In this document: positions 19,600-29,815 of the stretch, piece after piece
Layout: each line of letters opens with the position of its first letter
How positions within the stretch are numbered: position 1 is the stretch's first letter
Virus record (IMG/VR): IMGVR_UViG_3300043104_000334
DNA: 64,000 nucleotides
Reading direction: 5' to 3' (one strand)
From: a virus
Taxonomy: Duplodnaviria > Caudoviricetes
The notes under the pieces: generated by a model
Seen by the model: the letters and a program-made list of their open reading frames with translations, nothing else
Databases searched by the model: none
What the model was told of the DNA's origin: nothing
Program-made: the position numbers and the translations under genes

Positions 19600-20462
19600 A
19601 CGTAAGACCCCCTGACTATCTTTACAATCTTACCCTTCCATTCTGGATGGCATACAGATGTTCCAGGATTACCGTGCCATGAACCTGTACCACTTGGATA
19701 CCATGTAGGAACACTTGTATTGTTTTTGTTTACGAGAAACTCTATTGTATTCATAGTGTCTGCACTCGCTTCATGTCCCCATACTGTCCAGTTGCTATCA
19801 CCACTACTTTTTATTTCACCCACTACACATGGTATTATTACAGTGCCATTAGACGTCTCAACATAAACATCAATTGTCTGTCCGACATCAGCTATGCCAC
19901 CATTATCAATCCATGATACTGCAACAACATACCTACCATCAACGACACCAAACCCTTCATCATCAAAAGCTGTTACATCACCGATCGTACTATCCCAATT
20001 AGGATATTTACTTTTTCGCCATATGTACTGTGGGGATGATTGACTTGTTATCATCTGCCAACCCATATACGTATAACAAAACTTGCTGTAAGGACAGCTA
20101 CTAAAGTCTATTGTATCACCATCTACGATAAGTTTGGTGTCACCTGAACTAGATTCAGTAGTACCAGCTTCCGCAGTAGCTGTATCAATATCTTCCTGTT
20201 GTATATCACTACTACTTGAGGTAAGTGTCAATGTTGTAGTTCCATCAGCATTTACCGTAACATAGAATAATTTCTTATTAAATCCATTCTTTGAACTAGT
20301 AGGCTTACTCGTCAATGACGTGTACTTTTCGATTAGAGTGGAGTCTTTCACCTGTATGGAGCAAACTAAAGCAATATATGCAGCTCCTAATATTAAGACT
20401 AATAATACAAGCCTTATTAAAATAGGAGACACTTTATGCTTTCCATTATTTTGATTATTCAT
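19596..20462 (-). CDS. Membrane-anchored putative cell-wall enzyme (C-terminal domain possibly 3D/double-psi-barrel-like)
   Basis: Shared carrier KNGFxKKLFYVTVNADGTTT; C-terminal TYMGWQMIT..SPQY..GRYVVAV..VGQTIDV..IPCVVGEIK. The fold assignment is inference. Confidence 0.5.
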   Translation of the reverse strand: MNNQNNGKHKVSPILIRLVLLVLILGAAYIALVCSIQVKDSTLIEKYTSLTSKPTSSKNGFNKKLFYVTVNADGTTTLTLTSSSSDIQQEDIDTATAEAGTTESSSGDTKLIVDGDTIDFSSCPYSKFCYTYMGWQMITSQSSPQYIWRKSKYPNWDSTIGDVTAFDDEGFGVVDGRYVVAVSWIDNGGIADVGQTIDVYVETSNGTVIIPCVVGEIKSSGDSNWTVWGHEASADTMNTIEFLVNKNNTSVPTWYPSGTGSWHGNPGTSVCHPEWKGKIVKIVRGSYV

Positions 20463-20534
20463 ATTTGTACCATAGAATGCAATGCATTTCCTTTATACGC
20501 AATTGAATAGACTATTTAACAATAACCTACTCAA

Positions 20535-20553
20535 TAGGGAGAAATTCTCCCTA
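20535..20553 (-). terminator. Inverted repeat overlapping the virB4-like stop codon
   Basis: TAGGGAGAA-A-TTCTCCCTA. Confidence 0.45.
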
Positions 20554-22635
20554 TGAACCGGACATAACATTTTTCTCTTTTACCGGTGTATTTACTTTAT
20601 ACTTCTTAAACTTGCCATCATCGTTCTTTTCAACCTCGACCTGAATAATAGGATAAAGATTCTTGTTCTGCATATTGTTAATAAACACAAAACAGTTCTT
20701 GTACCTGTTTGAACTTCCGGGTATCTTTATGTGGTCCTCGAGATGCTTAAGCCCAAACTGCTCAATAACAACTTTACGTGCATCAAGCGTAAGCTCACCA
20801 ACAAACAGTCCTCTTGTATTTTCAATAAGAGGCTTGGCAATTTCACTATTCTGCAATGCCTGTACTGAATTACCCAAGAGCAAGGTATCCTGATTCTGTG
20901 ACCGTCTAAGCGTATACTCCTGAACGTACATCTTCATGATTTCATCAGAAACAACCTGTGACTCTTCAAGTATTTTAAATGTACGCTTACCCTCAGCATA
21001 CTTTCTTGTTGTGAACTCACCATTAAGCTTTGACATATACAGAAACTTAAGTCGGAATAAATCCTCATCAATGTCTGAAATTGTTGCATCTCCAAGGATA
21101 CCAAAGTCAAATGCTAATGTGTCACTGTGCAGGATTTTGGCGTAATCAAACTCACGCTTAAACACATAAGACTTTGAACCTGTTGCAGACATAAACATCC
21201 TGAGTGTTCCGATAACAGTCTTATGAATGTTATACTGAGCACGCTTCTGTGGAGTAAGGTATTTCTCAAACCTATCAAACACTTCATAAGGATTCAACGA
21301 TTCCGTTGTGTTCCATGAGTTCATGTTTGTAGGTATCGCACCAATCGAGATGTACAATGTATCCAAGAATTCATCAAGCAATTCTTCAAGTTCAAGAAGC
21401 GTTTCTCTATCCCGAACACCAGATAAGATAATCATCTGTTCCTTTGAGAACTTTACTCTTGATTTGAAATAGGCTTCTGCATTATCCTGCGATGTATCTT
21501 CCTTGTGCATAACGAAACTGTTGATATACTCAGTTGACATAGGACGCAATGATACTGTATAGCCATTTGTAGCGTTGATGAAATTGGTATACTCATTACC
21601 TTTAATATCCATCATAACACAAGCAGAACCATTTTCATAAGCTGACTGTGCCATATTCATTGCGAGGACAGTCTTACCAACACCTGATGGCGCTACACAA
21701 TACATATTACGTGCAACAGTTATCTCACTAAAGTCAATATAGTAAGGCGTACCATTAAGCACATTCTGTCCGACATAATATCCTGTCTTATCGTTGTATG
21801 AGCCGCAGTTGGGAACAATCTGTGACAAAATGACATTTGTTGTCATAACAGGTGTTGTACCCTTGAGGTCATAGTTCTTTCCACCAAACATTGAAATGTA
21901 CTCAAGGTCACTACGAATAGAACCATGTGCTGGCATATAGATACATCCCATGGAACCAAGCATATCGAAGATAATCTTCTCTGCGTTGTTAAGGGTTTGA
22001 ATATCTTTAGCCCGAACAATAAGGTACATTCGAGTGTTCTTCAGTTGTTTGCCAGACTCAGCAACTTTTACTGTATATAGACACCTCGCTGACCTTTCAC
22101 GCATTCTCTTTGATGTAAGGTCAGAATCAAGGTTATTTTCCCACATGTTAATACGACTTTTTAAACCGGAATTATTAGGGTCATAATCATAATTACTATT
22201 CTTGAATGTTGCATCAAGTATAGCTCGATTGCCCCTATCACGAAGAGCAGAGTTAAGCACTCCTAAAAGTGTAATAGGAGTGCTTGTTCCCAACTCATAG
22301 ATTTGTATGATTGTTGACATGTACAGCTTTGTAACATACATGTTATTCGTAATAAGAATCCTGTCTCCGATGTTATCTGGAATCTTACCTCTGTCTTTCA
22401 TCGTAAGACTAACGAGATAAGAAATCCACATCTTCACCCATAAGAATCTATCGGGCTTTACTTTGCCCTCATTACGAATCTCAGCAGCTTTCCTAACTGA
22501 TTTCCGTATGTTCTTCTGAGTCTTTTCTGCGTCTACTTCGCCATACTCGTCATAGGCAACCTCAACTTTAGAAGCCTCTTCAATGTTATTACTCCTCTGC
22601 TTTGAGTCAGCCTTTAACTCATCCCTAAGCGCCAT
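20551..22635 (-). CDS. virB4: VirB4/ConE/PrgJ-like type IV secretion ATPase (start revised to MALRDE)
   Basis: About 695 aa; GYYVGQN..GTPYYID, Walker A APSGVGKT, MDIKGNEY, Walker B KILEESQ, LLGNSVQ..LIENT; AAGGAGG RBS. Confidence 0.75.
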   Translation of the reverse strand: MALRDELKADSKQRSNNIEEASKVEVAYDEYGEVDAEKTQKNIRKSVRKAAEIRNEGKVKPDRFLWVKMWISYLVSLTMKDRGKIPDNIGDRILITNNMYVTKLYMSTIIQIYELGTSTPITLLGVLNSALRDRGNRAILDATFKNSNYDYDPNNSGLKSRINMWENNLDSDLTSKRMRERSARCLYTVKVAESGKQLKNTRMYLIVRAKDIQTLNNAEKIIFDMLGSMGCIYMPAHGSIRSDLEYISMFGGKNYDLKGTTPVMTTNVILSQIVPNCGSYNDKTGYYVGQNVLNGTPYYIDFSEITVARNMYCVAPSGVGKTVLAMNMAQSAYENGSACVMMDIKGNEYTNFINATNGYTVSLRPMSTEYINSFVMHKEDTSQDNAEAYFKSRVKFSKEQMIILSGVRDRETLLELEELLDEFLDTLYISIGAIPTNMNSWNTTESLNPYEVFDRFEKYLTPQKRAQYNIHKTVIGTLRMFMSATGSKSYVFKREFDYAKILHSDTLAFDFGILGDATISDIDEDLFRLKFLYMSKLNGEFTTRKYAEGKRTFKILEESQVVSDEIMKMYVQEYTLRRSQNQDTLLLGNSVQALQNSEIAKPLIENTRGLFVGELTLDARKVVIEQFGLKHLEDHIKIPGSSNRYKNCFVFINNMQNKNLYPIIQVEVEKNDDGKFKKYKVNTPVKEKNVMSGS

Positions 22636-22727
22636 AAATATAGCCTCCTTCAAAAACAATTCTTAGCTGAATAATCCAATAGCACTGTGCTCATCTCATC
22701 AGCAAATTCGTATTCATGTTCTAAGCT

Positions 22728-23342
22728 TCATAAAGCTTCATCAAATTCTTTAATGTCTAAGTTGCCAGCCAGAATATGATTTCCGCCGACCCAAGAACTT
22801 CCATGAACTTTCACGTTTTCAGATAAACGTGCAAACTCATGTATTTGGGCGTCTTCAGAAACTTCTGCATTGTCAGAAACCTTAGCATAATCGTACACCC
22901 ATGCATAGCCGGATACCTTTGCATTACCGGATACTTTTGCATGTCCAAACACAGCAGCGCCATCTGACACGACTGCTGAACCATAGACATGTGCATCACC
23001 GTCAACCAGTGTCTTGTCTGTCACATGTGCAGAATCACTGATGTATGCACTTCCCCATACTCTTGCATCACCATCAACACATCCACCGGAAATCATAGCT
23101 TTACCACGTACTTCCGCATTACCAGCAACTATAGCATTGTCAAATACTGTTGCAGACTCGTAGACCCAGCAGTTTCCACTCTGGCTGAGATTACTTGGCG
23201 ACTCAATGTATCCGCCTATATCCCCATCCATAACGTCTTTGAAATTCTTTACCGCCTGAATCTGATAGAGCGTACGATTGCCAATTGTCAAGGTTCTGTC
23301 CTTTAATAAAACGTACTTGATATCTCCACTAATTTTACTCAT
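22728..23342 (-). CDS. Hexapeptide-repeat (LbH) protein, phage-associated family; no leader
   Basis: LYQIQAVKNF..GDIGGYIESPSNLSQSGNCWV plus repeats. Confidence 0.85.
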   Translation of the reverse strand: MSKISGDIKYVLLKDRTLTIGNRTLYQIQAVKNFKDVMDGDIGGYIESPSNLSQSGNCWVYESATVFDNAIVAGNAEVRGKAMISGGCVDGDARVWGSAYISDSAHVTDKTLVDGDAHVYGSAVVSDGAAVFGHAKVSGNAKVSGYAWVYDYAKVSDNAEVSEDAQIHEFARLSENVKVHGSSWVGGNHILAGNLDIKEFDEAL

Positions 23343-23464
23343 TGCTTTGTACCTCCACTGTACAATAATTGCTATTACGTTATCATTATTTCCTTATCAT
23401 TTATATATGCTCATTTTGGTATATACCTTTCAGTAGCATAAATTATTTTTGTGAGTTCCTGCTT

Positions 23465-24457
23465 TTATTTCTTAAGTGTATTCTCGTAAAATGCCTTAGC
23501 TGCATCCTCATGCTGCTTATAACCACTGAAGCTGAAGAAATAGGATGGAATCATCTCGTATATCATTTCCTTTTGCCAAGGTGTAAGACTGCCAAAATTC
23601 TTGTCCTCGAATAGTCCATGTACAATTGTGCATACTACACAGTCGTAAGCTTTTCTATCAGGGTACTTATCGTACTTATGATACCGCTCACATATTGTCT
23701 CATACTTACACTGTTCAAAGTAAAGCTCATCGTAATCACAGGTATCACCAGGCATTTCAAGGACACAAGCACACTCAACGATATATAGATTCTTATTATG
23801 CAATCCATTAATAAGCGATGCTACGTGTGCATCCTTATTTAAGGATAACAGTCTCTTCGCACGTTCCATTCCGTCCGAAAGTGTTCTAGGTGATACCAAC
23901 TTGATAAGCTCACTTCTACCAATCAACTTGAGATAATTCATGAACGCTATATGCTCTTTAGTCACGTAATTTGATAGGTCATGCTCCGGAGCAACAATGA
24001 TATATGTTGGATCATTAACTATCTTTGTAGAACCACTGGGCGGGTACGCTGTAAAGATAAGTTCTCTTGTACCAGTCATCTCTGGACAATTGATAAGTCT
24101 TCCACCATTAATAAGCTCCACAACAGGATACTCCTCATAATTGTAAGCACCAATCGAGAAGTTTTCGTTTTTGTTAATGAACATAACCTGTGTTCCATCG
24201 ATAATGATCTTCTTAAGCTTGTTACTAGGGGACTCCGACCACCGACCATAAGACAATCCATCATTTGTCTCCGGTCCGATACAAGGCTGTCTGCTCTCTC
24301 CATATATTGTAAGTGCACCACCACCAAATATCTTAATGACTTCTGCATTACCAGTGTAAATTGGACCTACCTTCACTTGCTCTCCGAACGTATTATAAGT
24401 CATGACTTTACCGTCGATTGCACTGGCAGCACCTAAAAGTGTATTCATACTTGACAT
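23465..24457 (-). CDS. Hypothetical protein (330 aa), not LbH, carrying the array leader MSSMNTLLGAA
   Basis: GGAGG RBS; no hexapeptide repeats; N-terminus matches the leader of its neighbours. Confidence 0.8.
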   Translation of the reverse strand: MSSMNTLLGAASAIDGKVMTYNTFGEQVKVGPIYTGNAEVIKIFGGGALTIYGESRQPCIGPETNDGLSYGRWSESPSNKLKKIIIDGTQVMFINKNENFSIGAYNYEEYPVVELINGGRLINCPEMTGTRELIFTAYPPSGSTKIVNDPTYIIVAPEHDLSNYVTKEHIAFMNYLKLIGRSELIKLVSPRTLSDGMERAKRLLSLNKDAHVASLINGLHNKNLYIVECACVLEMPGDTCDYDELYFEQCKYETICERYHKYDKYPDRKAYDCVVCTIVHGLFEDKNFGSLTPWQKEMIYEMIPSYFFSFSGYKQHEDAAKAFYENTLKK

Positions 24458-24490
24458 AGCTGTTTACCTCCATTTAACTATAATCAATCC

Positions 24491-25969
24491 TTACTGTAAT
24501 ATCCAGTCAGCAATGTTATTACTCATGATCTGCATATTCCCAAGAAATACTGTGCTACCACCTTGGTCTGCATTCCCGTATATCTGAGCATTTTCGTATA
24601 CATTAGTTTCGCCGTGTACTTTAGCGTTACCATAAACCTTAGCACCACCATCAATGACAGCATTATCGTAAACCTCAGCGCTACCAAATACTTCTGCGTT
24701 ACCACTTATTTTAGCACTGCCATGAATTTTAGCAACACCACGGACTACAGCATCATCAGAAATCTCAGCGTTATCGAAAATATTAGCATTGTCAAAAATC
24801 CTAGCATTTCCACAAATTACGGCCTCACCTGTAACATTAGCTTTCCAAGACACTTCTGCATTATCAGTTATAACACATTCCCCACCAATATATGCTTCAC
24901 CAAATATTTTAGCTTCACCACTAATGCAAACCGCTCCACCAATGCTAGCCTTTTCATAGACCTTAGCATTGTTACACACATCACCATTGTAGACGCTAGC
25001 ATCATCATAAATCTTGGCATTATCATGTACTAATGAATCACCACTTATTTTAGCATTATTGTATATTATAGCATTGTCATATACCGCAGCATTGCCTTCA
25101 ACAATAGCACGGCCATAAACCTTAGCCTTATTATATATCTTAGCTGACCGTTTTACTACAGTTTTGCCAAAGACTTGAGCATCACCATACACCTCTGCTT
25201 GATCATAGACATGAGCATTATCAAAGACTTTAGCATTATCGTGAATATAAGCTTCATCAAATACTCTTGCGTCTCCAAAAACGCATGCATTGCCATCCAC
25301 CCAACAACTCCCCTCATGAGAAAGATTTTCCTCATTCTCTATCCATCCACCATGTCTTCCTTCTACAACCGCTAGTTTATTATCCCACGTCCTCCAGACG
25401 TTTTTTAATGCTCTTATTTCATGTAAGATATGACCATCTACCTCTTTAATTGCACCAGTGAATTCATATTTCTTAGTTACTTCACCTCTTTTGAATGGAG
25501 TATCGTATACACTGTCTGTACCACACAGTAACAGTTTATCTACCCGAGCTCTACCATAAACTTGAGCTTGATCACAAACTTGAGCGCCATCATAGACTTT
25601 AGCATCATCATAGACTTTAGCCGAACCAAACACCCGTGCATTACCCCGGACTTGAGCATCACCATAAACTTGAGCATCATCTGATACTTGAGCGCTACCA
25701 GAAACCTTAGCATTACCATACACCATAGCATCATCAAATACCCAGCAAGTGCCTTCTTGAGCAAGATTGCCCTCGTGTTCTACCCAACCACCCATATCAC
25801 CAATCTTAACTTCTCTGCCATTACAATTAAAATCCTTTAAAGATTTTATTCTGCTGCATATACGTTCAAGTGTCACACTCTTATAATCAGATAATTCGTA
25901 TTTCTTATTTACATCCTTATTAGTATCAACTTTACCTGCTGCCCTTAAGAGCATATTCATATCAGCCAT
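24491..25969 (-). CDS. Two-unit hexapeptide-repeat protein with leader (start revised to MADMNMLLRAA)
   Basis: Two head domains plus two repeat tracts; GGAGG RBS. Confidence 0.85.
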   Translation of the reverse strand: MADMNMLLRAAGKVDTNKDVNKKYELSDYKSVTLERICSRIKSLKDFNCNGREVKIGDMGGWVEHEGNLAQEGTCWVFDDAMVYGNAKVSGSAQVSDDAQVYGDAQVRGNARVFGSAKVYDDAKVYDGAQVCDQAQVYGRARVDKLLLCGTDSVYDTPFKRGEVTKKYEFTGAIKEVDGHILHEIRALKNVWRTWDNKLAVVEGRHGGWIENEENLSHEGSCWVDGNACVFGDARVFDEAYIHDNAKVFDNAHVYDQAEVYGDAQVFGKTVVKRSAKIYNKAKVYGRAIVEGNAAVYDNAIIYNNAKISGDSLVHDNAKIYDDASVYNGDVCNNAKVYEKASIGGAVCISGEAKIFGEAYIGGECVITDNAEVSWKANVTGEAVICGNARIFDNANIFDNAEISDDAVVRGVAKIHGSAKISGNAEVFGSAEVYDNAVIDGGAKVYGNAKVHGETNVYENAQIYGNADQGGSTVFLGNMQIMSNNIADWILQ

Positions 25970-25973
25970 AAGT

Positions 25974-26699
25974 TTACCTCCATTTATCATTTACATATTC
26001 ACAAATATCAGTGTCACCATGAATACATTCAGGTTCATTAATTTTAACATTACCATGAACTCTAGCATTACCGCACACTAGTACCTGATTACCTATATCT
26101 GCGTTGTCATAGACCTGAGCCTTGTCACATACAGTACCAGTTACTATAGCATTGTTATAAATTTTAGCATCATCATGTACCTTAGCCATACCACGGACTT
26201 CAGTGCCACCATAGATTTTAACCCTGCCGCTAACTACTGCTGTTCCATGAACCTCAGCATTATCATAGATTTTGGCTTCCCCAAAAATCTTAGTAGAGTC
26301 ATAAACCCGCGCAGAATTAAAGACTTGAGCATTACCGAAGACTCTAGCGTCATGACAAACTTGAGCATTATCATATATTTGAGCTTCATCAAATACCTCA
26401 GCATGTTCACTAATTTCAGCACCATCATAAACTCTAGCTTTACCCCAAACTTTAGCATTATCGAATACCCAACAATTCCCTTCCTGAGAAAGATTAGTTT
26501 CACTCTCAACAAATCCACCTAATTCACCGATTTTAATTTCTGAGTCCATACCCCATTTAATACTCTTTAAAGCCTTTATCCTATGAAGAGTATGACCAAA
26601 CATTTCGCATGTTTTATCTGTAAGTTCATATTTCTTATCTGATTCCTTATTAGTATCAACCTTTCCAGCTGCTCTCAAGAGTTCGCTTATATCATTCAT
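25974..26699 (-). CDS. Hexapeptide-repeat protein with leader (start revised to MNDISELLRAA)
   Basis: Head domain plus repeats. Confidence 0.85.
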   Translation of the reverse strand: MNDISELLRAAGKVDTNKESDKKYELTDKTCEMFGHTLHRIKALKSIKWGMDSEIKIGELGGFVESETNLSQEGNCWVFDNAKVWGKARVYDGAEISEHAEVFDEAQIYDNAQVCHDARVFGNAQVFNSARVYDSTKIFGEAKIYDNAEVHGTAVVSGRVKIYGGTEVRGMAKVHDDAKIYNNAIVTGTVCDKAQVYDNADIGNQVLVCGNARVHGNVKINEPECIHGDTDICEYVNDKWR

Positions 26700-26731
26700 A
26701 ATTTTCTCCATCCTACTTCATAGATTTATTG

Positions 26732-26770
26732 CTGTTTTGGGGGGTTGGATATTGCACCCAACCCCAACAG
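26732..26770 (-). terminator. GC-rich hairpin inside the array
   Basis: CTGTT..GGGGTTGG / CCAACCCC AACAG inverted repeat just after the stop of 26781..27638. Confidence 0.55.
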
Positions 26771-26780
26771 GTTTACTTAA

Positions 26781-27638
26781 TTAACAAAGTTCATCTGACG
26801 CCATGATATGCATATCACCAGTTACAGAAGTTTTACCAGCAACATCTGAGCTACCACTGATAAATGCATGTCCATCGACATAAGCATCTCCATGTACTGT
26901 GACAAATTTATTTATAATAGTATTACCCGTCACAATAGCTTTTTCATAGATACATGCACCTCCTGAAACCTTTGCATTACATCTCACTTGAGCAGCATCA
27001 TGTACACGTGCATCTCCGCATACTAATGCATTGTCAGCAATAATTGCTGCACCATAGACCTCAGCATTATCTTTAACTGTTGCATGGTTGCAAAGAAAGG
27101 CTTTACCATATACCCGCGCGCTACCATCAACACTTGCATTGTCATTCATTTGGGCATCTTCAAATATAGCCGTTTCGCCACTGACAATGCAATCATTATC
27201 AATAATAGCATTGTCATAAATCTGTGCATGACCTCTTACAATTACATGACCATCCACAGAAGCATCGCCATAAATCTTGGCTGCACCACATATAACTGCA
27301 TTGCCGTCGACCTTTGCATTGTCATAAACCCATGCATCATCCATGACAAGTGCATCACCAGCAATCAACGCGTCTCCAAATACGAAAGCTTTACCTGTCA
27401 CCCAGCACGTTCCGTACTGTGGCAAGTTCTCTTCACTTTCAATAAATCCGCCAAGGTCTCCCGGATGCACATCTTTCCAGTGTGTCCTGAAGTACCCAAG
27501 AGCTTTGATACGATGAAGAATTATGCCCTTATAATTGTATGTTTCGTCAGTAAGTTCATATTTCTTACCTAACCCCTTAGTAGTATCAATCTTCCCAGCT
27601 GCATCCAACAGTGTATTCATATTAACCGTATTATTCAT
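26781..27638 (-). CDS. Hexapeptide-repeat protein with leader (MNTLLDAAGKID)
   Basis: Head domain plus repeats. Confidence 0.85.
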   Translation of the reverse strand: MNNTVNMNTLLDAAGKIDTTKGLGKKYELTDETYNYKGIILHRIKALGYFRTHWKDVHPGDLGGFIESEENLPQYGTCWVTGKAFVFGDALIAGDALVMDDAWVYDNAKVDGNAVICGAAKIYGDASVDGHVIVRGHAQIYDNAIIDNDCIVSGETAIFEDAQMNDNASVDGSARVYGKAFLCNHATVKDNAEVYGAAIIADNALVCGDARVHDAAQVRCNAKVSGGACIYEKAIVTGNTIINKFVTVHGDAYVDGHAFISGSSDVAGKTSVTGDMHIMASDELC

Positions 27639-27677
27639 ATCAAATATACTCCTTATCTCGATTTTTATTTTTAACTG

Positions 27678-28334
27678 TTACCTTTTACTAAACTGTAAGA
27701 ATTTTTCATACTCCGACCTTTTCTTAGACTCAGCTATGTATGTTATATTCTCATACACCATGTTGTCATCGTAATCATTAGTATGCTCCATATCCATATT
27801 GACACCAAGACAACCAATGCCTCTCAGTATTGAATGACCGGTGACCTTTACGTTGCCACCAACAATGAAAGTTCCATGAATAGTAATATTACCATTCACT
27901 TCAGCATTTCCTTTTACGCAGGTACAGATCTCAAGAACTGATGAACCAAAGACTTTAGCATTCTCATTAACACATGACTGCCCACTCATCCATGTTTCAC
28001 CACCAACAACCGCATTGTTGAATAGATGACTAAGACCACACATAAAAGCATTATCTTTGAGCACTGCACTATGTGTGACAAGTGACTTTCCACACATCTT
28101 AGCATTGTTCATAACTTTAGCATGAGCAAACACTTGAGCATCCTCGTAAACTTCTGCATCATCATACACCCAGCAATTGTCTATTGTATCAAGATTATGT
28201 TCCGATTGAATATAGCCACCTAAGTCACCTTTTTTCACATCCCCAAAATCTTTTAACGCAACAATCCGATGTAGTACCAATCCGTTGGTAAGTACCTTGG
28301 TATTGTTTGTAAGTGCATATTTATCATTATTCAT
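27678..28334 (-). CDS. Hexapeptide-repeat protein, no leader, extra C-terminal tail (start revised to MNNDKY)
   Basis: LHRIVALKDFGDVKKGDLGGYIQSEHNL. Confidence 0.85.
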   Translation of the reverse strand: MNNDKYALTNNTKVLTNGLVLHRIVALKDFGDVKKGDLGGYIQSEHNLDTIDNCWVYDDAEVYEDAQVFAHAKVMNNAKMCGKSLVTHSAVLKDNAFMCGLSHLFNNAVVGGETWMSGQSCVNENAKVFGSSVLEICTCVKGNAEVNGNITIHGTFIVGGNVKVTGHSILRGIGCLGVNMDMEHTNDYDDNMVYENITYIAESKKRSEYEKFLQFSKR

Positions 28335-28347
28335 ATTACTTGACCCC

Positions 28348-28890
28348 TTATCTACCCTTAGCATGTATGGAAGCATTACCACATATACATGTTGAACTCA
28401 CTACCTCAACATTATATATGGATGCATTTCCGTATACTCTTGCATCATCATGAACCTCTGCCCCACACACTATTGCATTGCAATAAACCATAGCATTATC
28501 ATATACTTCTGCAAGACCAGATACTTCTGCAGCTCCAAATACCTTGGCATTATTATATACCTCAGAATTACCAGATATTTTAGCGTCTTCGTATACCATA
28601 GCGTCGTCACGTACACTGGCACCAAAGAAACACATAGCATTATCGAATATCCAGCAGTTACCATCCTGCGATAAATTTTCCTCACATTCAACAAACCCAC
28701 CAAGGTCTCCAGCTTTAACAAATCTATCTCCACAATTAAAGCTTTTGAGTGCCTTGATTCTATGGAATGCATACTTCTTGTTATCCCCATACTCAATGGT
28801 TTCATCAGATAATACATATTTCTTATCTGTATTCTCTTTGTCACCATACACAGTATTTGCTGCATTCACAAGTGCTTTCATATCTGTCAT
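28348..28890 (-). CDS. Hexapeptide-repeat protein with leader (start revised to MTDMKALVNAA)
   Basis: Head domain plus repeats; GAAAGGA RBS. Confidence 0.85.
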   Translation of the reverse strand: MTDMKALVNAANTVYGDKENTDKKYVLSDETIEYGDNKKYAFHRIKALKSFNCGDRFVKAGDLGGFVECEENLSQDGNCWIFDNAMCFFGASVRDDAMVYEDAKISGNSEVYNNAKVFGAAEVSGLAEVYDNAMVYCNAIVCGAEVHDDARVYGNASIYNVEVVSSTCICGNASIHAKGR

Positions 28891-28926
28891 AGTATCAATC
28901 CTTTCTACATCATACATTCAGTATAC

Positions 28927-29742
28927 TCATTCAAATATACCATTTTCAATATTGTCACTGTCACAAATAAATGCCGAGCCACGTATTTCTGACCACCCAC
29001 TTATTACTGCATCGTCACAAACTATAGCGCTTCCATGTACCCGTGCATTACCCAAAATCTTAGCATTATCGAATACTCTTGCATTCCCGTTAATTTTTGA
29101 GTTATTACATATCTGGGCATTCCCGCATACAAAAGCATGGTCACTGACTTCAACATTATCACGGACTTGCGCATGGTCATAAACACATGCACCGCCTGTA
29201 ACCCTAGCATGTCCATAAACTGTGGCATTGCCGAATATAATAGCATCATGCATAATGGTAGCATAGTCATAAACTCTGGCATTGTCAAATATCCTAACGT
29301 TGTCATATATCTCAGCACTACCACAAACAAAAGCGTCATCATATACTCTAACATTATTGTATAATGTAGCATCTTCATACACCTTTGCATTACCATAGAC
29401 TCTGACAGAAGAATCAAGGTAAGCATTGTCAAGCACTCGTGCATTGTCATAAACGTATGCAAAGTCTCCAATATGTGCATCACCGTACACTTTGGCATTG
29501 CCATATATGCATGCTCCCTTATATGCCCAACAACTGCCATCCTGTGATAGGTTACTCTCAGACTCAAGCCATCCACCTAAATCTCCGGCTTTTATATCAC
29601 CATATCTAGTACTGAATGAACGTAAAGCTTGTATACGATGAAGTACATGACCATTTACTTCTCTAACCTCATCTGTAAGCTTGTACTTATCTTTAGGTTC
29701 ACACATGCTAGCAGCTCTCAATATCTTATTTATATTAGTCAT
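28927..29742 (-). CDS. Hexapeptide-repeat protein with leader (MTNINKILRAA)
   Basis: Head domain plus repeats. Confidence 0.85.
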   Translation of the reverse strand: MTNINKILRAASMCEPKDKYKLTDEVREVNGHVLHRIQALRSFSTRYGDIKAGDLGGWLESESNLSQDGSCWAYKGACIYGNAKVYGDAHIGDFAYVYDNARVLDNAYLDSSVRVYGNAKVYEDATLYNNVRVYDDAFVCGSAEIYDNVRIFDNARVYDYATIMHDAIIFGNATVYGHARVTGGACVYDHAQVRDNVEVSDHAFVCGNAQICNNSKINGNARVFDNAKILGNARVHGSAIVCDDAVISGWSEIRGSAFICDSDNIENGIFE

Positions 29743-29815
29743 AATTCACCTCACCTAATACTCTAACGATACCACAAACTATAGGAACATAGCTAAATCA
29801 GCATTTGAACACACT

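Noticed and set aside
22650-22730. Open frame continuing about 25 codons past the TGA of 22728..23342 (possible readthrough or recoding)
   Set aside because: A single short case; other genes end at TGA/TAG with tight coupling and long ORFs are intact in code 11, so there is no sign of stop reassignment.
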